DNA from: Octopus sinensis | Lineage: Eukaryota | Length of the DNA stretch: 64,000 bases | Direction: 5' to 3' | Assembly (NCBI RefSeq): GCF_006345805.1 | Contig: NC_043007.1 | Span: forward strand, 6,696,001 to 6,760,000 | Part shown: one piece after another, positions 54,356 through 64,000 of the stretch | How the letters are laid out: each line of letters opens with the position of its first letter | How positions within the stretch are numbered: position 1 is the first letter of the stretch | Translations under genes and position numbers: made by a program | The notes under the pieces: generated by a model | What the model was told of the DNA's origin: nothing | What the model saw: only the letters and a program-made list of their open reading frames with translations | Database searches by the model: none

Positions 54356-55588
54356 GTGAATGGAATCAATATTTCATAAGTTATGAGAAAATAACAATCT
54401 TCGAAATTGTAGTGGCCAAAAGTTAAGGGTTACTTAGAAAAATGAACTAGTAACCGAGGTATTTGTTGTTTAGAAGACTGTTAATGGATTAGCAGTTACT
54501 TCTAATGATCTTCCATCATTGGAACATTCAACTGTTAACATGGCAGCTTGTGAGAGACGATCGGTGTGCTGTGATGAAAAGCAAAGGATTGTGTGCCTTC
54601 ACCAAGAGGGAACGTCAAATTCGGTGATTGCAACTACAGTAGGGATGTCTAGAAGCGTCGTGCAACGAATTGCAGCTCGTTTTAAGTTGTCAGGATTGAC
54701 AGATGCTAAACCGCAAACCGGTAGACCTCGTGAATCGTCACCAAGACAGGATCGAATTATGGTTAGAATGTCACTGAAAGGTAGGTTGAAGAGTGCTACT
54801 GAGATATCGCGTACGTTTAGCTCCACTTCCGATGTCAACATATCACACAAAAGTTTTTCGGAGGTTTCGAGGTTCTGGGTTGCTTGCTCAGACACCAGAA
54901 AAGAAACCACTGATCTCCAAGAAGAATCAAAGAGCCTCTCTTTGTTTCGCTCACGAACATGTCAGAAGAAAAGTGGTCGCAGGTTCATTATAAATCGAAT
55001 TTTAATGTGACTGGTTTCGATGGCGGGATATCCGTCCGACGAAATTATGGCGAAAGGATGTCTCGTGCATGTGCGAAGAAGACAGTGAAATATGGGGGAG
55101 GCAGTGTAACTGAATGGGTAGTGATCTTTGCTGCTGGACCTGGTCCAATTATTCACCTACAAGGGACTGGAATGCTGAAATCTACAAGCAGATTCTGAGA
55201 CAGCATACCCTTCCACACCGATCCTTGTCAGTTCAACCTCCTGTCTTCGTACAGGGCAACGCTCTCTGTCACACTGCGAATTGAGTCAAAGGTTTTGAGT
55301 GATGAAGGGTGATGAAGACGTTGACCTCATGGACTGGCTACCTCAAAGTCATGATCTATAGAAAGCGTTTGGAAGATTATTAGAGATGGGGCGTGACGGA
55401 AAAATCCACAGAATCAAGATGAAGTCTGAGGGTTATTAAAATGTAAAGGGATGTTCACAAAATATTCATAGCAAGGTTTTCTGTCTTGTTCTTGTTCCCT
55501 TTTACGCGACCCTTAATTTGCAGCTGTTGTAGTTTGGAAAATTATTTGTTTATTACCTCAAAAGTTACGGAATATTTATTCCATTCAC
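54356..55588 (+). mobile_element. Tc1-family transposon, frameshifted transposase with about 75-bp imperfect inverted repeats
   Basis: HTH region IVCLHQEG...MSRSVVQRI...TGRPRESSPRQDR; TVKYGGGSV; DWLPQSHDL. Inverted repeats about 54356-54430 and 55508-55588. Confidence 0.85.
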
Positions 55589-55738
55589 GTGACATTTTCA
55601 GGAGAGATAGATATTAGATATATCGAAATGTGTGTAAAATATCGAACCTCAACCTGTTGATAATCTTCTATAATAAATATTTAATACACTTATACTTACA
55701 CTGGCCCTCATATTACGGCCGCTACTGCATATATATAT

Positions 55739-55800
<62 letters not shown>

Positions 55801-55816
55801 TGTGTGTGTGTGTGAG

Positions 55817-55987
55817 AAAGGAAAAGGCCGATACGCCTTGGCAGCGGTGACATCTCAACTCATTTATACAGCGGAGTGTTTGGAGCAATGTGAAATAATG
55901 AGCCATACTCAAGTAGACAATACACAGCCTGGTCTGGGAATCGAATTCACCACCCTCATGATTGTGAGGCCACGCTCTAACCACTGG
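55817..55987 (-). mobile_element. SINE family C partial
   Basis: Related to 26958-27290; tRNA-like head CCAGTGGTTAGAGCGTGG...GAATTCGATTCCC. Confidence 0.65.
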
Positions 55988-56334
55988 TAGAACATATTTT
56001 AGAGGGGAAACACTCGTGGTTGATATAGACAGAGAAAGATGAGATGAAAAAACACAGACCATTTGTTTTACAGGATTTGAGAGTATATTAGTCATGATAA
56101 TGAAGATATTATACAATTGTGTACAAAATAAGATTTCGTTCTTTCAGCATAATTAAAGTAAGGACCGGTTTCGCATTGTTCATCAAACTAAGAGTTGAAA
56201 GAAATAAATTGCTAGGGAGAAAAATATTGCAAGGGGAGATAGTTGTTCACTCATTTGTTTTGCAGTAGAGGGGAGGTAAATCTGTAATTTCTATTTTTTG
56301 TTGTTGTTTTTTCTTTCTGTTCTCTGCTTTATTC

Positions 56335-57590
56335 TGGTTTGAGCCAATATAGTTTCGATGGCAGCCCGAGCATCTGATTAGGTAAATGAGGTTGAGGTAA
56401 CGCAAGTGAAGTTAGATTTCATCTTGACTATTTGTCCATGTCTGAAATGGAATTCCGATCCTTCCAATAGATTGGGACATATTCTGCAATTAGGGCGACT
56501 ACTCTTTACAGCTCTCGCGTCCGTTGTTCTAGAGATTAGCTTGGCATTGGTGAGACATTTCTTCAATGTCTTAGGCTGTTTGCTGCTGTTAATGATTTTA
56601 AGGTTACGTAGAATCTCCTTACGTTTGGGGTCCCGATGGAATATTGGAAGAAATTTGGACGATGATATTGAATGCTTCTTTGTTTCTAGGGTTGTATGTG
56701 GAGATATAAGCTAGTGCTGCTTTGAGGGTAGATGTGTTGTTGTAGTTGGCTTTTCTTAATGTTTTAATATTAATCGATTTTGTATGTTTATTTCCTTCAT
56801 TTTGTAGCTGAGTTGGGTAGTGTCTGTCCTGCTCTTGCAATCTTAGTTCACTGGCATTCTTTCCGGACACTATGGTGCAAATCTTTCTTGTAAGGTGGAA
56901 GGGCGAATTTGCTTTGATATATCTCCGGTGATATGAGCTAAATAATAGATATTGTTTAGCGTCTGTGGTCTGGCAAAAAATGTCTGTTTCTATTTTTTGT
57001 TTATTTTTGTAGTCAGTATGTCTGGAATAGGAGTTCCTTGTGCATGTGTTCCATTGTGAATTGTATGTTGGGGATAATGTTAATGAGAAGTCTTTTGAAC
57101 TCCAGGAGCTCATCTATGTTTTCATTCCAGAAGATGAAGAGGTCGTCCAAAAATCTTTTCCAATTTTTTTTTATGTATTGAGAGTGAGTCTTTCCAAATT
57201 TTGAAAATGAGACCTTATATATTATTTCGAAATAGACCATTGTTACATCGGCAATGGTCGGGGCTGCCCTGGTTCCCATTTCAATTCCAGATTTTTGGTG
57301 ATAAACAGTGGCGTCAAAAACATGAAATGATTATTTTGGAGGATGAATTTAATTGATTCGATTACGAAGTCTTTGTTGATCCGTTCTGGTATTTCTTCTG
57401 GATATTTGTCCAGCCAGAAACGGATTGCTTCTATTCCATAACTATTAGGTATGGTGGTGTATAAATGAATCACATCGAATGATACTATGATTGTTTCCTC
57501 CTCGACCCTTTCTGGCAGGGGATTTAACATATCTAAGTCATCTCTAATATGACTCTTGACATATTTACATACTATCTCTCTCTCACTCAC
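56335..57590 (-). mobile_element. Penelope-like element: RT plus GIY-YIG, frameshifted
   Basis: IVSFDVIHLYTTIP; MGTRAAP; WKRFLDDLF; TDAKQYLLFSSYH; CRICPNL; NLIYLIRCSGCHRNYIG. Confidence 0.9.
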
Positions 57591-57656
57591 TCTGTCTCTC
57601 TGTCTCTGTGTCTCTCTCTGTGTCTCTCTCTGTGTCTCTCTCTGTGTCTCTCTCTG

Positions 57657-57738
<82 letters not shown>

Positions 57739-58551
57739 ATATATGCATATATAGACATAAGGGCACTTATTATCAGTATGTTATTATAGTCAAACCAATG
57801 AAATGGTTTATATATTCTTATTTTGCAGATCACTTTTGGCATATAAAACTCTAACGCACGAAAATATGTGCGCCATTTTTGGTTTACGGGTGAAACGGAT
57901 CGATTTAGAAATTGTCTACTTTCTAAACGTTGCAGCGTATTTTGTGCATAGAGTTCAGATAGAATGAAAAGCCTCAAGCAAGAATGCTCCGACTTTATCA
58001 AATATTTGAACATTCGAAGGACAAGCAATTCATCCAACGTTTCAAAACATTATCGATGCTGATCCCGGAACATGAATGCGTGCCATTGACAAAGAACGTC
58101 AGTTGTCACAGTCGACTATCAGCAGTGCTTGAAGTTATTTGATACAAATTGTAAATACTTAGGAAGAGACACTACATGCCTAGAAAAGACACGGGAGACC
58201 GTTTGATCCGGCGGGCTTAAAAACGATTAAGAATAAAAATCTTATGTGGAGGAAAAGATGAGATGTTGTACAATAAACTTCCAGAACCTGTGATGGGTTT
58301 AGAAATGATGAGTAGCAAAGGTCATATTTTATTATCGTACATCTTTCCAGAGCTTCCTAAAATTAAATCTGCTGAACTCGTTGAAGAACTGGAGAGACTT
58401 TCTATGTAATGTATACAACGGAAAGCCTACTAAGACCACGAAACTCAAGAATGGATACAAACAGACTTTACAATCACATGACACACAAGTGGCTTAGCAA
58501 GTTTTATATCTCATAAACTACTATATTTAGTGCCTCACTGGAAGGGAAACT

Positions 58552-58776
58552 ATTTCTTTACTACCCACAAGGGGCTAAACATAGAGGGGACAAACAAGGA
58601 CAGACAAACGGATTAAGTCGACTACATCGACCCCAGTGCGGAACTGTTACTTAATTCATCGACCCCGAAAGAATGAAAGGCAAAGTCGACCTCAGCGGAA
58701 TTTGAACTCAGAAAGTAATGGCAGACGAAATATGGTTACGCCCGGAGTGCTAACGTTTCTAACAGCTCGCCGCCTT
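58552..58776 (-). mobile_element. SINE family B, full length
   Basis: Reverse complement of 14314-14545. Confidence 0.9.
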
Positions 58777-59162
58777 AAACTAAGCATCATCCTCACATTA
58801 CTATAACCTCGTTAAAGGCCGCCAGGGTCTAAGTGATGCACGAAGTGACTAACGAACATTTAGCAAAGGTACGCAGCGATTTCGTTTCCGCATTGAATTA
58901 GGGTTCAATACTGATTCAAAGAATAATCTTATGAACACAACACTTATCGACAACGTGTGCACAAATTTTAGTAAAATACATTTTGTTTTTAGGAGATCTT
59001 TACTAGAGAATATTGTTTATTAAATTAACAAATATATCCTCACATATTTCACGAGCACCTAACACACACGAGTGCGTACCCACATGCACACACTTGTGTG
59101 TTTCTGTATGTATGTATGTATATATGTATTAATGCATGCCTGTATATGTGTGTGTATGTGTA

Positions 59163-59193
<31 letters not shown>

Positions 59194-59765
59194 TGTGTGT
59201 GTGTGTGTGTGTGTGTGCAGATGTAGATATATACATGCATTCAATATTTCTTAATGAAATAATCAAAGATATGACATCTTGGCAACGCTGCTCGTTTTCA
59301 CACTTTGATTGATTACTTTGTTTACATTTCCGCCTTGTCACTTATGATTATTGGATTGATGCCACAGACTTTACTAAAATTAATGGATTAATAATTTAAA
59401 CTACTATCAGGTATGGAAAAAAAAGAACACGTCGAAGGTATTCTTTATTTTTAGTTTCCATTTCATCAAATCTGTTTCAGTAAACATCAGGCTTTTCCCC
59501 ATTTATGAATATATTTATTTGTTGACACATTTATACATGGCATCACATAAATGTAATTTCTTAAATAAAAGAAATATAAAGTTTTCCGGTTTATTTCTGA
59601 ATCATGATGTTTCATCCGTCAAGGAAATAGAGTCACTATTTGAAGATTCGATTAATAAGAGAGTTATTTATAACTATCAGAAAGATATAGTGAGTTGATA
59701 TTTTGGCACAACAACAATATATATATACATCTATATATATATATATGTGTGTATATATATATGTA

Positions 59766-60259
<494 letters not shown>

Positions 60260-60469
60260 CATTTACCTATACACCTATATATAAGCATGTTTAACGATAT
60301 GTATATCCCAATATTCCACATGGCTATAGAATAGAATTAATACAATTCTGGCTGGAAAAGTACCTCGAAGGACACCCGGAACTCGTAAGCCAGGTTCTTT
60401 TCTAAATGAAACTTTAAAGTTATACTTCCTAACAGTTATTTTCTATTTGATGTCCCCTAGACTCTACAA

Positions 60470-60700
60470 CCACTAAGGACACAGAGGGGAATTTTAAAGC
60501 GAAGTTCAACAATCTCACTTGAGCTTCAGACACTGGGATTATAGAAAACAACCAAATTATCCAGTCATATATGGTCCTTAAAAGAAAAAGGTATTAATTA
60601 CAACATCCATTGGAAGACCTTAGCCAAGTGTAAGCCTTACACCAAAGGCGGTGGAAAATGCAGTCTTTGTGCTATGGAAAGATGGCTCATCTGGTAAAGC
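60470..60700 (+). mobile_element. Penelope GIY-YIG C-terminal fragment
   Basis: TTKLSSHIWSLKEKGINYNIHWKTLAKCKPYTKGGGKCSLCAMERWLI. Confidence 0.75.
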
Positions 60701-60891
60701 AGCTTAGAGCCCGTTACATGTCTAAAGTTTGGATCATGTCCGTATATTATTCAGTGGAAATGGTCTTTTTTTTTCACCAACGATATTTTCCGAAATCCTT
60801 GAGTTAAATCTAAATGGAACCGCAATTATGGAAACCTGCACATTGTTGCTTGATTTATCTGAATTCGCAACGACAAATCCGGCTGTCTTTG

Positions 60892-60950
<59 letters not shown>

Positions 60951-61440
60951 TTCAATTATTGTTTTATATGAGAAGCGAGCTGAGAAACTAATGGCGAGAA
61001 TATATTTGATCGCAGGTGTGTGTGTGTTGTCTGAAGTGGTGCTAAGACAGCAATAACATATGCGTAACAGCCTCTATGCAGTCACTCGCTCTCACAGAAA
61101 TAGCAGCAGAATTAATTTAGAATGAAAACCATTGCATCCTACAATGGGAAAGACTCATTCTGTAATTTAATATAACGTAAGCTACATCTTAAAAACAAAG
61201 TAAGATCCCGACTGGATTTGCAATTATATAACATGGGTTCAAGAACTTGCAAACATTGTATATAGAACCCAATGTCTGTGCAATCAAAGGATTTTCAAAA
61301 TTGTTTAAATGTTCAAAGAATACGATTATTTAGATTTAAAGGAAATTATACTGCGTATTTAACATATTTTTTATGCAATGAATATATACAGTACTATATT
61401 TAAGAGATGTGAATTTACGTACATCATTTACATTGATTAC

Positions 61441-61571
61441 CTTATTTACATTTGACGGATATTTGTCCTCATCTTGTTTATTGTTAACACAACGTTTCGG
61501 CTGATATACCCTCCAACCTTCATCAGGTGTCTTTGGAAAATTTCGAACCTCATTCCTAAGGTATTTTTCGA

Positions 61572-61636
<65 letters not shown>

Positions 61637-61699
61637 TCACTGTCTGGAATCGAACTGGGAATCTTGTTGTAGTTTAATTTAACCAACACGTGATATGCC
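61441..61699 (-). mobile_element. tRNA-headed, hammerhead-bearing SINE-like element
   Basis: tRNA-like head with B-box GTTCGATTCC, (AAT)n, hammerhead motif, AATGTAAAT tail. Confidence 0.75.
61486..61531 (-). ncRNA. Minimal type-I hammerhead ribozyme motif
   Basis: GACAC CTGATGA A GGTTG-(10 nt)-CAGCC GAAAC GTT / GTGTT: 5-bp stem I, 5-bp stem II, palindromic AACGTT. Confidence 0.65.
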
Positions 61700-61787
61700 T
61701 GATGAAGGCTGGGGAGTATATCAGCCGAAACGTTGTATTAACAACAAACAAGATGAGGACAAATATCCGTCAAATAATGTAAATAAT
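61699..61787 (+). mobile_element. Inverted, 5'-truncated second copy of the 3' half of the same element
   Basis: CTGATGAAGGCTG...CAGCCGAAACGTTG...GACAAATATCCGTCAAAT abuts the head of the minus-strand copy. Confidence 0.8.
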
Positions 61788-62239
61788 GATGAATTTAGTT
61801 TTTTTTTGTTCTATTAATCCCTTTTCCAGTTCCTGGAATAACGTTGTAGATACCTAAGATTCCAGAGAGTGTAACCTTAACGTAATTTTCAGGCAGAATC
61901 AATGTGACACCGTTTCCAATTACGAATAAAACCCAATCTAATAGGCATTATGCAGTTTTTGTGTGCCACGTTTCATTCACCGATGCCAAATTCTGGGTCG
62001 ATTCGAGTCTAAAGAAAATAGTATTAGCCCAATATTCCAAGAAGTGGAATCGAGCAAAGGACCTTGAAGTTTGGAGGCGAAATGTTTAGCTATTCGACCA
62101 ATTGCACTTACGATATGTATGTGCCATCCCCTCTCATTTGCAATGCCAGGAACACATAATTTGAAACAGGTGCTCTGACTCGGTTTATAAAAATCTCAAC
62201 CCCTTCTTGCAGGTAACATAATCTGTTAAATTTGTGACT

Positions 62240-62400
62240 GGTTCAGTAACCGGACCGCAGCCATACTGGGGCATTATCTTGAAGGGTTTAAGAAAACAAC
62301 CGTAATACTTATTTTAAAACTCTTATTCTGTCAGTGTCTTTGCCGAACCGATGACTTACGATAACGTAAACCACAAACCACTAGGCACTGGGGAAGAGAA
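62240..62400 (-). mobile_element. SINE family A 3' half, degenerate
   Basis: Reverse complement of TTTACG..GTAAGTCATCGGTTCGGCAAAG...AAGATAATGCCCCAGTATGGCTGCGGTC. Confidence 0.6.
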
Positions 62401-63398
62401 ACACACACACACACCCACACACCCACACACACACACACACACATACACACACACACACATACACACACACATATACACACACACACACAAATACACACAC
62501 ACACATACACACGCATACACACACATAAACACACATACACACACACACACAAATACACACACACGGAAATTCAAACACATACGCACACACCTCACGCGCG
62601 CGCACATGTATGTATATGAAGGACATCCTCACAATTTCCATTTGGAAAGGCATTGGTCCGACAGGATACAACCGAAGTCACTGATCCAAGTTGCCGTAAA
62701 GTGGGATGGAAACGAAACTATGTGGTTGCAAGATGAAGTCTAAACAAAAGAGACATATGTTCGATACATTCATCTGACCAGATTAATCTATTGGTGGGTA
62801 GAATTAATCTTGATTGTATGGATTCTACTATTCATGTGGGTTTAATATCTACGTAGCCAGACGGATAAATTGATAAGTCACACCGGGGAATGGAGTAGAG
62901 AACGATCAGTGTAATATGTATTTTCATGTATTGATCGATTATAATAGCATATGGTAAAAGACTTATTGGTGGGGTAGAGTGAATAATTTCTTACGTTTGT
63001 TACATATATCCGTGACTTTTATTTAGAGAGCACGGATACAAACAACATGGGAAGCGAACCCATATACACACAAACACACATAGAGTAATTTCACAGACGG
63101 CCGTAACAATATTAAGAACAGGAATGAAAACATCAGCAAAAGCAGTGAAAACGGTGGCAATAACAACAACAACAATCACGATGGTAGCAGCGTGGGGGAA
63201 CACACAAACACAGAGAAATACAAGAACTGTACAAAATTTCAGATCTTAGGACAACAGCGACATTGGGGGGGGGGATGGAGCTGAGATTAAGGTCATTGAG
63301 CAACTAAGAACAATGACACAAATCGCTAATTCCACATGTAGTTACGCACACACGCACATACACACACATACACTCACATATATATATATGTGTGTGTG

Positions 63399-63470
<72 letters not shown>

Positions 63471-64000
63471 CGTGTATGTGTGTGTATATATATATACATA
63501 TTTATATATGTATGTACGTATGTAGGTATATTATCGCAGAATAATAGGATGAGGGTTTCGAATATATTTTATCGGCCACAACCATTCTCGTTTTATCCAC
63601 TTCAGAAAGGTGAAACGTAACTATAAAATGCAAAACTTATTTAACGAATGCCAGAAAAATTAAACGCAAAGATAATCTCACAAGAATTCGAACGCATGAA
63701 TATTCTTAGTTCTATATATTGAACAAACTTCATCCACCATTTTCTTTGCAATACTCTTATGGAAACGTTTCATTTTAGCATCCTTACAAGTGCAATAATA
63801 TCTGCGCAAGATATAGATTCTTAAATTTAGATGTCCCCAGCTGAAAGGTTAACTCAAAGCACATTCATTATTTATCGTTAGTACGTGCTATTTTCCATTG
63901 AATTGTTTCTCTCCAACAACAATGTAACGTAAATATGTTCCCGTTCCTATGAAAGGTAAGACGTTTACATTTACATAGAAAATTTCCTCGTTGCTAAATA

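Noticed and set aside
61636-61699. tRNA gene (also 41043-41106 and the SINE heads)
   Set aside because: The cloverleaf is incomplete and continues into repeat bodies, so these are tRNA-derived heads rather than tRNAs.

Overview
AT-rich, repeat-dense eukaryotic DNA. The SINE families and microsatellite style resemble Octopus-type cephalopod genomes (inference, from recall). No complete, recognisable host gene is visible. The best candidates are two phase-compatible minus-strand exons near the left end (2718-2562 and 472-139). Most long ORFs in the track come from microsatellites or transposons. The window holds many tRNA-derived SINEs and fragments of CR1/L2, RTE, L1/Tx1 and probable RLE-type LINEs. 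It also has Penelope-like elements (RT and GIY-YIG), mariner/Tc1 transposase relics and several MITEs. The most notable structure is a set of about ten minimal type-I hammerhead-ribozyme-like motifs from at least five unrelated sequence families, mostly in head-to-head inverted pairs typical of Penelope pseudo-LTRs. One family is a tRNA-headed SINE-like element carrying a hammerhead with all three stems and a Penelope-style inverted 5' duplication. A solo copy of another family begins at the predicted self-cleavage site. All analysis was by eye.
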